Below are positions 22,253-33,806 of a stretch of 62,536 bases of DNA, one piece after another. Numbering within the stretch: the stretch's first letter is position 1; each line of letters starts with the position of its first letter. A program made the translations under genes and the position numbers. Origin of the DNA: Thraustochytrium aureum (lineage: Eukaryota); contig BLSG01000062.1 of the NCBI GenBank assembly GCA_012862495.1, positions 42,447 through 104,982 on the forward strand, in the 5' to 3' direction. The notes beneath the pieces were generated by a model that saw only the letters and a program-made list of their open reading frames with translations, made no database searches and had not been told where the DNA came from.

Positions 22253-23368
22253 ATGAGCGGCGAGACGCCGGCGAACGCGAACGACGGCTGCGTCGGGCCG
22301 GCCTCCGAGCAGGCAGGCAAGGCCTCGGCCTGCGCGGGGTGCCCGAACCAAAAGCTGTGCGCGTCCGGGGAGATGGCGAAGGCGAACCCCGAGCAGGCGG
22401 CGGTGAACGAGACGATGAGCAACATTGGACGGACCGTGATGGTGCTGTCCGGCAAGGGCGGCGTGGGCAAGTCGACCTTCTCGGCGCAGCTTGCGTTCGG
22501 CCTGGCCCGCGCGGGGAAGCGAGTCGGCCTGCTCGACCTCGATATTTGCGGCCCTTCCGTACCCCTGATGCTCGGGCTGTCTGGCCGCGAGGTGCACCAG
22601 AGCGCGTCCGGGTGGTCGCCGGTCTACGTCGACGTCGAGTCTGAGAACGACGAGGAGGAGCTCGAGCTGGGCGTCATGTCGATCGGCTTTCTCATGCCCG
22701 ACCCCGACTCGGCCGTGATTTGGCGCGGCCCGCGCAAGAACGGCCTCATCCAGCAGTTCTTCACCTCGGTGGACTGGGGCCATCTGGACTACTTGGTGAT
22801 CGACACCCCGCCAGGAACCTCGGACGAGCACATCTCGATCGTTCAGCTCCTCAAGGAGTCGCTCAAGCCGGGCGACGGCGCCGTCGTGGTGACTACCCCG
22901 CAGGAGGTTGCCATGATGGACGTGCGCAAAGAGCTCAACTTTTGCAAGCAGACCAAGATCCCCGTGCTCGGCCTCGTGGAGAACATGGCCACCATGAGCT
23001 TGCCCGTGTCTGGACTGACGTTTGCCGCCAAGGACGGCACCGACCAAACCGAGCAGGCAATCGAGATCTTGCGCCAAAAGTGCCCCGAGCTCCTCGACCT
23101 CGACATCCAGCTCTCTGTGTTCCCGCCTGCCGGCGGCGGCCCGAAGGGCATGGCTGAAAAGTTTGCGGTGCCCTTCCTCGGCACGCTTCCCATGGACCCC
23201 AGTTTGCAGGCGGCTGGCGAACAAGGCCGTCCGGTCGTCGCTGGTAACGCGCTTGCCCCGCTCCGTGCGATCGTCGCCAAGATCGTCGCCTCGGAGGTCG
23301 CCAAGCCGGCGCCGGTCGGCGCGCCGGAGGCTCCGGCTTCGGGCGGAAGCGGCGTGATTTCTGCATGA
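22253..23368 (+). CDS. NBP35: Cytosolic Fe-S cluster assembly factor NBP35/NUBP1
   Basis: N-terminal CX13CX2CX5C (GCVGPASEQAGKASACAGCPNQKLC), SGKGGVGKST, DLDICGPS, VIWRGPRKNGLI, DTPPGTSDEH, VTTPQEVA, DVRKELNFC and VENM. Confidence 0.95.
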   Translation: MSGETPANANDGCVGPASEQAGKASACAGCPNQKLCASGEMAKANPEQAAVNETMSNIGRTVMVLSGKGGVGKSTFSAQLAFGLARAGKRVGLLDLDICGPSVPLMLGLSGREVHQSASGWSPVYVDVESENDEEELELGVMSIGFLMPDPDSAVIWRGPRKNGLIQQFFTSVDWGHLDYLVIDTPPGTSDEHISIVQLLKESLKPGDGAVVVTTPQEVAMMDVRKELNFCKQTKIPVLGLVENMATMSLPVSGLTFAAKDGTDQTEQAIEILRQKCPELLDLDIQLSVFPPAGGGPKGMAEKFAVPFLGTLPMDPSLQAAGEQGRPVVAGNALAPLRAIVAKIVASEVAKPAPVGAPEAPASGGSGVISA

Positions 23369-23705
23369 GCAGCCGCCTCGGCGCTGGAAGGCCAAGGCTG
23401 CGGCTTGCGTCTGAGCGCTGTGCAAGCGCTTGGGAGCGCTATCGGGGGATTCGAAGCCCTTAATTTTCACAGCTACTCCACACTCTCGAGAGCGAGCTCT
23501 CTAGAGAGCTCCAGCTACTACTAGTTTACGCAGAATTGGTCGTGCGATTGGAATGGCTCAGACGTAGAGTTTGTCTTGCAACTGGAGTTGTCTTGCAATT
23601 GGAATGTCGCAGTGACGGGGGCGGCTGCGCTTCAAGCAACGATCGCCGCTCCGAGCCCGTTCTCCCCGACTGCACAGACTTCCGCGAGACCTCCGTCGCC
23701 TCACC

Positions 23706-24509
23706 TCATCTCACGCTAGCTCGACCGTCCGAGGCGACTGCTGCGCTCGCTCCGGTCGTCCACTTGGCCCACAAAGAACCCAGCCTTGAGCGGCGCCTCG
23801 AAAACCAACTGACGCCCACCCCGGTTTCGGCCGCGCCAGCCTCAGACACGCACGAACTCGGCACCAGCCCGCTTTCCGGCCGCGGCTCAGCAGGCTTGGA
23901 TCGGGACGCGCCAGTCTGCGCACTGCAATTCGCCGCCTCCGAAGTGGCGTCGCCAACGCCACGCTCGAGGCTGGCAGGCTCCTCCGAGCTTGGGCCTGAT
24001 GGACCCGTAGCCGCAATGAGGGCGTCCAACGTGGAGGAAAGCGAGTCCCCTGACGTGCGCCGCTCAAGGACCGAGTCCTCGGAAGACGAGGACCAATGAG
24101 CACATGTCGCTCCGGGACGCTCAAAGCTAGCTGCGCTCGCCTCGTGCCACGCAGCACCGCCGAGGCTCTGAAAGTGAAACGGCGCGCTGCCGAACTCAGT
24201 CGCCCGGCTGTGGCCGCCGTCGCCGACAGAGCCGCAGCTACTCGAGCGCGCGGCCGCGGTGATGGCGCCCAGCGGCGTTCTCACCCGCTCCTGCCGAAGG
24301 TGCTTTCGGTTTGGAAGGGGGCCAACCTGGGCGTGCCCGTCCTGGAACGAAATAAAGCTGATGCCGCTTGCACTGGACGACAGACACGCAGAGCTAGCAC
24401 GCGAGCGCCGCCCCGCTGGTGCCGCCTCACAAGGCTCTGCAGCTCGCCGCGCATTCTGCACAAGCTTGCTCGCGCTGGGGTCCTGCTCTGACACGAAGCG
24501 CTCGAGTTC
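23706..24509 (-). CDS. Hypothetical low-complexity Ser/Ala-rich protein fragment (5' part in gap)
   Basis: Long open frame leaving the gap with no recognisable domain. The opposite strand is also open, so the strand is uncertain. Confidence 0.3.
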   Translation of the reverse strand, partial: ELERFVSEQDPSASKLVQNARRAAEPCEAAPAGRRSRASSACLSSSASGISFISFQDGHAQVGPLPNRKHLRQERVRTPLGAITAAARSSSCGSVGDGGHSRATEFGSAPFHFQSLGGAAWHEASAASFERPGATCAHWSSSSEDSVLERRTSGDSLSSTLDALIAATGPSGPSSEEPASLERGVGDATSEAANCSAQTGASRSKPAEPRPESGLVPSSCVSEAGAAETGVGVSWFSRRRSRLGSLWAKWTTGASAAVASDGRASVR

Positions 24510-25417
24510 NNNNNNNNNNNNNNNNNNNNNNNNNNNNNNNNNNNNNNNNNNNNNNNNNNNNNNNNNNNNNNNNNNNNNNNNNNNNNNNNNNNNNNNNNNN
24601 NNNNNNNNNNNNNNNNNNNNNNNNNNNNNNNNNNNNNNNNNNNNNNNNNNNNNNNNNNNNNNNNNNNNNNNNNNNNNNNNNNNNNNNNNNNNNNNNNNNN
24701 NNNNNNNNNNNNNNNNNNNNNNNNNNNNNNNNNNNNNNNNNNNNNNNNNNNNNNNNNNNNNNNNNNNNNNNNNNNNNNNNNNNNNNNNNNNNNNNNNNNN
24801 NNNNNNNNNNNNNNNNNNNNNNNNNNNNNNNNNNNNNNNNNNNNNNNNNNNNNNNNNNNNNNNNNNNNNNNNNNNNNNNNNNNNNNNNNNNNNNNNNNNN
24901 NNNNNNNNNNNNNNNNNNNNNNNNNNNNNNNNNNNNNNNNNNNNNNNNNNNNNNNNNNNNNNNNNNNNNNNNNNNNNNNNNNNNNNNNNNNNNNNNNNNN
25001 NNNNNNNNNNNNNNNNNNNNNNNNNNNNNNNNNNNNNNNNNNNNNNNNNNNNNNNNNNNNNNGTTTCTTTTCCGTTCTCGACCTGGCACGTCTGCAGTTC
25101 GAGGCAGCCTGGCAGCGCCTCCATTGGGCCGCAGGGCCAGGCCAGGCGCAGCAGGCGCAGTAGCCCTTGCAGGCGCCAAGCCTTGCACGTCAACCCGAGG
25201 CCCAGTTGAGCCCTTAAACCGCGCCCGTCTCGCTACCGCCCGCCTGCCCGCAGCAGTGCTCGCCGCTTCCGACCGCCTTCTGCCGAGCCGCGCTTCAGCA
25301 ACTCGGCCGGCCTCGGCAGGCCTGGCAGGGCTTGGCGAGGCAGGCTCCAGGTCGTCAACCGCTCCCGAAACCGAGCAACTCCAAGCCCTGGGCTCGCTCG
25401 CTCCCCCTGTACCACAA

Positions 25418-25495
25418 CTGCAGCAGCAACAGCAGCAACAACAGAGCAGCAGCAGCAGCAGCAGCAGCAGCCGAGCAGCCGAGCAGCAGGAGCAG
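25418..25495. repeat. CAG/CAA microsatellite
   Basis: Directly visible. Confidence 0.85.
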
Positions 25496-26540
25496 TGATT
25501 GTCGATTGACGGACGCGTCTGTCCTTGAGCCCGATTCCCAACACGCACGCTCTCCAATCTCGCCCTTTTTGGTACACCCAAACCCTCCATTCTTCGCCGC
25601 CTGCCCCTCTCTTTGCGCCCGCCGAGCTCGCGCCCGCTCGCGCCCGCTCGCGTCGATTGATCATTCGTTCATCCATCCATCGAGCCTTCGATCGCGTGCG
25701 CTGTGCGAGGCTGTGCTGCGAGGCCGTGCGAGGCCGTGCGAGGGTCCCGAGACGCGCTCGACGAGCTCGGTCGTGCCATGGGGCGGGCTGGCCTGGTCAT
25801 TCCTCTCGATCTTGAAGAAACCCCAGCCGACAAATGCCAGAGCAGAAGCGCACGCTTCAGCTCCGCGCGGTCAACGGCACGGCGTCCTGCGTGGCTGCGG
25901 ACATGTGCCGTTTTCGTGAGCGGGCCAGTTTTCTCCTGTACGGCTGCGGCAGTGTGCACGGGTGTACGAGGGAACTACTCGAGAGCTAGAGGCGATGGTC
26001 ACGTGCAGGCGTGTGCAAGCCTCGATGACGGAGGTTGGCAAGTTTTACCCGCGCGTTCAGGGCCAGGTCTGAACAAGGTGTCCTGCGCGGCCAAGCGTTG
26101 GCGTTCTCGGATCGAGCTGACGGACGGCAATGGGAGATCGTGCGGGTTGACGAGGGTTGCACAGGCCAACGCCACGGATGCTGCGGCAAGCGCTAGCTCT
26201 AAAGTCTGGTTTTCAATCGTTCTCTAGCTGGCAGNNNNNNNNNNNNNNNNNNNNNNNNNNNNNNNNNNNNNNNNNNNNNNNNNNNNNNNNNNNNNNNNNN
26301 NNNNNNNNNNNNNNNNNNNNNNNNNNNNNNNNNNNNNNNNNNNNNNNNNNNNNNNNNNNNNNNNNNNNNNNNNNNNNNNNNNNNNNNNNNNNNNNNNNNN
26401 NNNNNNNNNNNNNNNNNNNNNNNNNNNNNNNNNNNNNNNNNNNNNNNNNNNNNNNNNNNNNNNNNNNNNNNNNNNNNNNNNNNNNNNNNNNNNNNNNNNN
26501 NNNNNNNNNNNNNNNNNNNNNNNNNNNNNNNNNNNNNNNC

Positions 26541-29150
26541 ATGATCTCCACGATCACCTTGATCAGCGCCAGAGGCACTGCGCGTCGGGCCAGTCAGGCT
26601 GAGCCGATCCGTCGGCACGCGCAAGAGCTCGCGAAACCCCATGGTGGCATAACTGGAAGATCGGAGCGTAAAGGAGAGCGCGAGCGCCGCGCGGTCAGGG
26701 TCCCCGACCTGGTCCAAAGCCGTGCCGTTGATCCTGTCCAAGTCAGTAATGGCGAGCTCCATGTTGCCCTTGTAAAAGCGCCACTCAAACTCGACGTCGC
26801 GCGGCTTGATGACTATCTTGCGGTAGCTCCCGCGCGGCGTGAAGCGGTGGCCGGTTTTGGTCAGCATGTCCAGCGACAGGCCGTCTTCTGCCATCATGGC
26901 CTCGAAGAAGGCGCGACCAACATCATGCGACGCAAACAGCTTGACAGCAAAGCCGGGGAGAGGCATCACCACGTCCTCAATCGACCACTTGCCCGACGCG
27001 ACGTCTTCTGCAGAGGCGACCTGGACGTCGCGCAAATTGTCTTCCGAGCGACCAACGTCTTGCAGGACGAGGTCGCCGGGTATGACGCGCTCGCATCCAT
27101 AGAGCTCGGCCCGGCGCGACACGGCGCGGTTGAACAGGTAGGACTGGTACGCGTTCACGTACAAGGTGCGCAGCGAGGTCGGGATAGAGTCGATCGCGCT
27201 TTCGTACTCGCGGTCCAGGTACTGGTCGAGCTTCACGGGGCTGCTCGAGGAGCCTGCACTCCTGCGCCGATAAAGCCCGGCCAAAGCACTTGCGCAAGAC
27301 CGCATCGCCACGAGGTCCCTCGGGAGGCTACTGAGAATCTTGCTCGCGTCGCCCGTCTCGCAAAAGCGCTCGCACGCCTCGTGCACGAACGGGGGGTCGT
27401 TGTCCCGCGGCTTGAGCAGGAGCCGCACCGCACCGAGAAAGTCCCCCTTGAGAATCGCGATACCAACGTGGTGCGTCGGCACGTCGGTTGTTCCGAACCG
27501 CTGGAGGCCAAAGTAGTTGAGAAAGCTTTTCCAAGCCCCGACCTTGGCAGAAACGGCCTCGAGGGACAACTTGCTGGCTGCCGACCAGTTCCCAGCTCGA
27601 ATGTAGGTCGCCCCAGGTTGGGCGCCAGGCGCAGTCGCATCGTTCAAGCCTTCGCGTACCGCCGGTGCGGCGCTTGTCTCCGCAGTAGGAGGCGCTGCTT
27701 CGGCCCCCACTAGCGCTTCTGCAGCGGCGACCACAGGCTGCACCTCCTGCTCGTTCCCTGCACTCCCAGACTCTGGTTGCGCAGGCGCAGGCGCAGTCGA
27801 TTCGGCGAGGCCATGCGCCGTGCCCTCGTCGCTGGCCTCGATGGGAGCAGCTGGAGCTCCGGCTACTTCGCCGTCGGCATCTCCAATTTGGTGGCCAGCT
27901 GGCCCCGTTTCCTCTGCAGTGGTCTCTGGCGCGTCCGGCCCCGCCTTGGCCAAAACAACGTCCTTGCAGTCTGCCGGGTTGACGCCCATCGCTTTGAGCT
28001 GCTCGAGGTGCTCTGGAGTTGCGCAGACCTGGACGTCGCGGAAGATGACCTCAAAGCGGTTCCCCAGCAAGTCGCCGAGGCGCAGCGGCGACTTTACGTA
28101 CTCAAAGTTGCCCACGTGCAGAACGACAGGCCGACCACGGCGATCGCGCGCTTTGCGAGCCGCGTCGTACACGACATGCGCCAAAAGGCGGTGCGCGGTC
28201 ATCTGCTGAACCGTCACGCCCCGCTTGTCCTTGGTCCCCGCCATCGTAAAGCGATCGATGCCGACCCCGACGTTGCGCGCGAGCAGGTTGAGGGCCTCGT
28301 TCGTGTCCATGTTTTCCTTGTACAGCACGAATTTCAGGTAAGGCGGCCGCGACTCGTCCCACTCGACGTGGTCCTGCAGCGAACGAAGGTCGACACGGTG
28401 CTTGAGCCGCTTGCGCTCTTGCTGGCCGTCCCCGCTGCCATCGCGGCCGCGCTTGCCAGAGGGGGTAGGGCCTTTTAAAATAACGCGCACGACGCGGCTA
28501 GAGTCCTCGCCCGCCTCCTTCGTGATGCAGAGCGTCCCGCTCGCGTCGGGCTTCATGAAAACAGTATCGGTCATCAAAAGGTCACCCAGGCGCTCGCGAA
28601 TCAGTTTGTGCGTCGAAGAGCGCTTTGCCTTGTCGCTCACTGGCTCGAGCAGGACGTGCCCGTCTACGACTTGGGCGGGTCCACTGCCTTCGGCCTGCGT
28701 CGCCGCAGCAGTGACGGCTGCAAAATCTTTCGTCTGGGCGAGCTCCATCAAAAGCTGGGCGACGCGCATGGCAGATACTGGCCCAAGCTCCGCTTCTAGC
28801 GCTGACAGCCCAGCCGCTACTCTCGCCTCCAGCGCCGATGCCTCGCAGGGTTGCTCGTCCTGGTCACCTTCGTCCATTTTGTGTTCGTCAGGCGCCATCG
28901 CGTCTTGCACGCCAGAGCTGCTCTCTGCAGAGGCATTCGTCGCGCCTCCCGTGGCCGCCTCTGCGGCGATCGCTGCCGGGGTGCCGTCCACCGTCGGCCT
29001 CGCCGCATCGGTCAGCCTGACCACCGTCCCATCCAGCGCAATCTCATTCACCATAAAGTCCCTGTACCTGTGCTTGATCGTGCCGAGAAAGCCCGCCTGG
29101 TCCTCGACCAGGAACCTCGTCACGCCCACATCGGCCTCCGTCACGACCAT
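26541..29150 (-). CDS. PUS7: Pseudouridine synthase 7 (TruD family), 3' end in gap
   Basis: EADVGVTRF, GTIKHRYRDFMVNEI, FVLYKENMDT, AGTKDKRGVTVQ (catalytic Asp), LGDLLGNRF, NYFGLQRFG, YVNAYQSYLFN, GSYRK and SSSYATM. Confidence 0.95.
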
Positions 29151-29955
29151 CGAGCTACCTTGCCGTGTATCTCGGTCCGAAAACCGCCAAAAAGCCAAAA
29201 ACGCGACCCCAAAGCGCGCCAAGGCCTCGCGCCCCCGACAAGCCGCGACAGCGTACGCAACAGCAGCCCCTCTGCGCCTCCTCCTCCTCTTGCTGCTGCT
29301 GCTGCTGCCGCTGCTGCTGGTCCTGCGGCGGCGGCCTGCGCGTTGCGAGTCTGGTCGATGGATCCTGTGGCCCGCAGCGGCAATGCTGGAGCTCGAAAGT
29401 TTGCCTGTGGTACTCGATGCGATGAAGCGTCAATCGTCGGGGCAGAGCGGGCGGGATACGGTGGGCGGCACCGTGGCGTGCCTTGGAGAGGCAGTCGACG
29501 GCGATGCACTGCGCGCGTGTGACCGCTGGCGAGCAGCTCGTGGCGGGCATCGCATGCAGCGGTTGAAGCCGGATTGGGCGGACGCGCACGCTTCACTCCG
29601 CTCTGCGCCGGCAAGCGCTGGGGGAATGGAGGACGGGCGTACGCAGCGAAGTCGTCCGTGCTCGTAGCCCGACGCGCGGCGTGAGACGAAAGGCTTGAGG
29701 CCGCATTTTTGGCTTGCGATTCTGCCAGTTCGCGCCAGTACCCCTTTCACAAGGACAGGACGAGCAGGGCGGCACCAGGGTCGGCCGGCAGCTGGGACGC
29801 GCTGTGACCTGTCCATCAGGTTGCAGATCGAGGCGCTTTGCTTCGGGGGGCAGGGTGGAGCGAAGGCGCGCACGCACTGAGCGGCGGCGAATCTATCCGA
29901 CGTGCCGAGGCGAACAAGCCCCGCGACGTCCTTGCTGAGAGCGTCATCAACCCGT

Positions 29956-30044
29956 GCCGCTGAGGCGGCGACCGAGCAGCAGTACCGGGGCCTGAAAGCC
30001 GCTGAGGCGGCGACCGAGCAGCAGTACCGGCGACTGGAAGCCGC
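29956..30044. repeat. 42-bp tandem repeat, 2 copies plus a partial
   Basis: GCCGCTGAGGCGGCGACCGAGCAGCAGTACCGG occurs at 29956 and 29998. Confidence 0.85.
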
Positions 30045-30095
30045 ACGCCTAGCCTCCGCCCCTGTGCAAGCGTGGGCTTGGAAGGGCGCAGCGTC

Positions 30096-30815
30096 ATGTC
30101 GCTCGCACTCGCTCTGGCAGGCGCGGTCGTTGTAGCGGCTTGGCAAGTCTCGCTCGGGGCGCTCGGCGGGCCGCCGCCGCCCAATCCAGTGTGGCCTGCA
30201 GCCTTTGACGCCAGGTTTACCTCCGAGTGGCTGAACACCACTGGCAGGTTTGCCGTTCGCAGCGCTGCTGCAAGTGCCAGCGGGGAGCGCGCGGCAGAGC
30301 GGATCGACTTGGCGGACGGCAGCCGTGACCACCTGTGCGCGCACTTTCATGTCAAGACGCCCTGCACGCAGCTGACGACCGAGGGCGCTCGATTCCTGGT
30401 GTTTCCAGACCGCAAAGACTGCTGCAAGTGCTGCTCGTATGAGCCGACGAGCCCGTACTTGTGCGGCGGGCCGCTGGCACCCGGCTGGGTTTCGAACGGC
30501 GAGTACTTGGGAATCCAGCTGGTCTTCTCCCCCGCTGGCCCAGTGCGGTGCCACCTGTGGGCCGTCCCGGGACTCGACCCGCTGCGTCCCAACTACTACT
30601 TTCAAGGCGTCGAATCCGGCCTTCCTTGCGCGATCGACGGCTACAACTACCTCTACAACCCTGACGAGCGGTTCGACGACCAGTACATCTTCGACCCGGC
30701 CAGCACCCAGACGAGCGCCGATCCGGCCTTCTTCAAGATCCCCAAGATCTGCGAGGGGGCGCGGATGTGCGGCGCCCCAGTCTGCGACGACGCTCTTGTG
30801 CAAGGTTCGCGCTGA
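30096..30815 (+). CDS. Secreted Cys-rich protein, ependymin-related/LolA-like (At4g14100-like) family
   Basis: Signal peptide, PxWPxxF, ERID..DG..D..C, PC, FP...CCKCC, CG.L.P.WV....YLG, C..W and a C-terminal F..P..C. Confidence 0.6.
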   Translation: MSLALALAGAVVVAAWQVSLGALGGPPPPNPVWPAAFDARFTSEWLNTTGRFAVRSAAASASGERAAERIDLADGSRDHLCAHFHVKTPCTQLTTEGARFLVFPDRKDCCKCCSYEPTSPYLCGGPLAPGWVSNGEYLGIQLVFSPAGPVRCHLWAVPGLDPLRPNYYFQGVESGLPCAIDGYNYLYNPDERFDDQYIFDPASTQTSADPAFFKIPKICEGARMCGAPVCDDALVQGSR

Positions 30816-31030
30816 CGCCAGTCGCCTCCTCGTGCTGAGCTCAAGTAAACGAAAAAGATACTCGCTATGTTCATTTTCGCTCTCTCTTCGCGCTCTACTT
30901 GCGAAACCTGTCGGGGATTCCCGCGCCGGCAAGGCCTCCGCGCGAGGCCAGAAAAGCGCGCCTCTCAAGCCCTCCGCGCCTTGCGACGGCAAGAATAGGT
31001 TCACCTCGCCACGCAGCGGAAGGCTTATGC

Positions 31031-31875
31031 CTACGTCGATGGGTGCGGCGGGGGCGGCGGCGCGCCGGCGGCGACCGCGTCCACGGCCTCCACCAAGTCG
31101 CTGTTCTGGAGCACCTCCTTGAGGCGGCGACGCTCCTCGGTCTGCGACTCGGACACGCGGATGCTAAAGTGGCGCCTCGAGTGCCGCTCGGCCTTCTTTG
31201 CGCGCTCGGCCTCGCTCTCCTCCTCTTCGTCGCTCGATCCGTCGTCTGCTTTGGGCGCTTCACCCGTGGCGCTTTCCGCAGCTCGCTCGTTGCCTTCCCC
31301 ACCATCGCGAGCGGCAAAGCACGGCTCGTCCTCGCTGCTGTCAGAGGCAGCAGAGCTCGCCTTGGCAGCGTTTTCCCTCATGCGCCACTTCAGCAGGTTC
31401 TCAAGAAAGGCCACCATCGTTTGCGTGAACTTGATGGGCTCCGTATTGTGGCAGGCGCAGTCGAAAAGGTTTGCGCCAGCACGATGGCGAGGTTCTTGGT
31501 TGTCATGCGGTTTGTACCCTCGTTGCGCGCGACCAGAGCGAGCAGGTCGAGGAGCCAGAGCAGCACCGTCTGCTGCGGCTCCGGGAGGGCCGCTACCTTG
31601 GGGCCAATCATGTCGTTGCTTTCTTTCGCGAGCTCGGCGTACAGGTAGAGGCGCTCGGCGTCGAGGCCAATAAAGAGGTTGGGCTTGAGCTCGCGAAACC
31701 ACTGTTTGATCAGGTTGGCCGGCACATGCGGGTCCGAGCAGCCCTCCAGGGCCTCGAATCCTTTGCACGAGTTGATTTGGCGCTTCACCCGCTCGGACTC
31801 GGACCCGTCTGGGGCGATGCGGAAGATGCCCTCCGTATCCACTCCGCCCATGTCGAGCAGGGCCTGTTTCAGGAG
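31031..31875 (-). CDS. RhoGAP-domain protein (5'-partial; apparent frameshift at ~31473)
   Basis: GVDTEGIFRI (arginine finger), DPHVPANLIKQWFREL and NRMTTKNLAIVLA[P]NLF, followed by an acidic tail. Confidence 0.88.
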
Positions 31876-33806
31876 NNNNNNNNNNNNNNNNNNNNNNNNN
31901 NNNNNNNNNNNNNNNNNNNNNNNNNNNNNNNNNNNNNNNNNNNNNNNNNNNNNNNNNNNNNNNNNNNNNNNNNNNNNNNNNNNNNNNNNNNNNNNNNNNN
32001 NNNNNNNNNNNNNNNNNNNNNNNNNNNNNNNNNNNNNNNNNNNNNNNNNNNNNNNNNNNNNNNNNNNNNNNNNNNNNNNNNNNNNNNNNNNNNNNNNNNN
32101 NNNNNNNNNNNNNNNNNNNNNNNNNNNNNNNNNNNNNNNNNNNNNNNNNNNNNNNNNNNNNNNNNNNNNNNNNNNNNNNNNNNNNNNNNNNNNNNNNNNN
32201 NNNNNNNNNNNNNNNNNNNNNNNNNNNNNNNNNNNNNNNNNNNNNNNNNNNNNNNNNNNNNNNNNNNNNNNNNNNNNNNNNNNNNNNNNNNNNNNNNNNN
32301 NNNNNNNNNNNNNNNNNNNNNNNNNNNNNNNNNNNNNNNNNNNNNNNNNNNNNNNNNNNNNNNNNNNNNNNNNNNNNNNNNNNNNNNNNNNNNNNNNNNN
32401 NNNNNNNNNNNNNNNNNNNNNNNNNNNNNNNNNNNNNNNNNNNNNNNNNNNNNNNNNNNNNNNNNNNNNNNNNNNNNNNNNNNNNNNNNNNNNNNNNNNN
32501 NNNNNNNNNNNNNNNNNNNNNNNNNNNNNNNNNNNNNNNNNNNNNNNNNNNNNNNNNNNNNNNNNNNNNNNNNNNNNNNNNNNNNNNNNNNNNNNNNNNN
32601 NNNNNNNNNNNNNNNNNNNNNNNNNNNNNNNNNNNNNNNNNNNNNNNNNNNNNNNNNNNNNNNNNNNNNNNNNNNNNNNNNNNNNNNNNNNNNNNNNNNN
32701 NNNNNNNNNNNNNNNNNNNNNNNNNNNNNNNNNNNNNNNNNNNNNNNNNNNNNNNNNNNNNNNNNNNNNNGGTGTTCGGGGTCTGTTCTGCTCCGGAGCG
32801 CGCCGTGTCGGGTTGGGACTCGTTTCGGTAGACGCCTTTGAGGAGGGAGAGGACAGTGCGATGGATGACTTGGACGCGGCGGTGGTCGTGATGTGGAGAG
32901 GACGCGAGCTGCCTTGGCAGCCCGTCGGGGGAGCCGTGGCGGAGAGCCACCCTGTTCCAGTGAAGGTTTCACTCCATCGTCATGATGGAGCGAGCAATTG
33001 AGCGGGGGAGGATGCTGGCGCAACTGACCCACTCTTTGCTCGCCCGTCAGATCTGCGTGCACTGCAAGAGGAAAGCCGGTTCGTGGGAGAACGAGTGGAG
33101 AGTCGGTTGTCCACCTCGTGGCCTCACGACAGACCGTCACAGACGGAACGCTCTTTTACGCGTGTGTGGAGGCTGAAGGCACGTCTCCACGAGGGTCGAG
33201 CTCGTCACGGTGGTCGTCTATGTTGATACCACCGCGTTTGTTGGTGTTGAAAGTCTGTCCACCGGTATGGACGTTCAAGATCAAGACGCACGACAGGTCT
33301 TGGTCCGATCCGAGTCACCAACAGAGGTTGCAACTCGCAACAACTTGCAATGGCTTGCACTGGTTGTTGGTTGTTGCTTCGCTGTTGTTGTGCGCGAATC
33401 GACGGCCATCGCGCAACGCCGCCCTGAATTCGCCCCGAGGCGCAGTTCGCTCCCAAGCCGATCTCGCGAGCCACATGAAAAGCGGGCTCCTGCTGCTGGC
33501 AAGAATCGCTGGCAAGAATCGCTGGCAAGAATTGGCGACTGCAGCTGCATTCTTCTTGATTGAGGAGGTGTGCACAACGTGGATTGGATGCACTTCGGCA
33601 GTCTCCCGCTCTCTCCGCACCATGTATGCCATAGACCTGTTACTCGCGTCGTGCGGGGTTGCTCCGTTGGATTGCTGCAACGACTCGAATGCCCTCGCCC
33701 CAACTCGCCTGCGGTGAGTCTTGCCCTTCGACATGGCAGAAGGTGTCGCGCGCGCCGCTGCAGGTCTTGAAGGTCGAGCAGGACGCGCTCTCGACGCAGG
33801 CCGGCC

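Noticed and set aside
32771..33320. Possible retroelement remnant or RhoGAP 5' exon
   Set aside because: The composition looks atypical, but I found no RT, integrase, gag or RhoGAP-associated motif.
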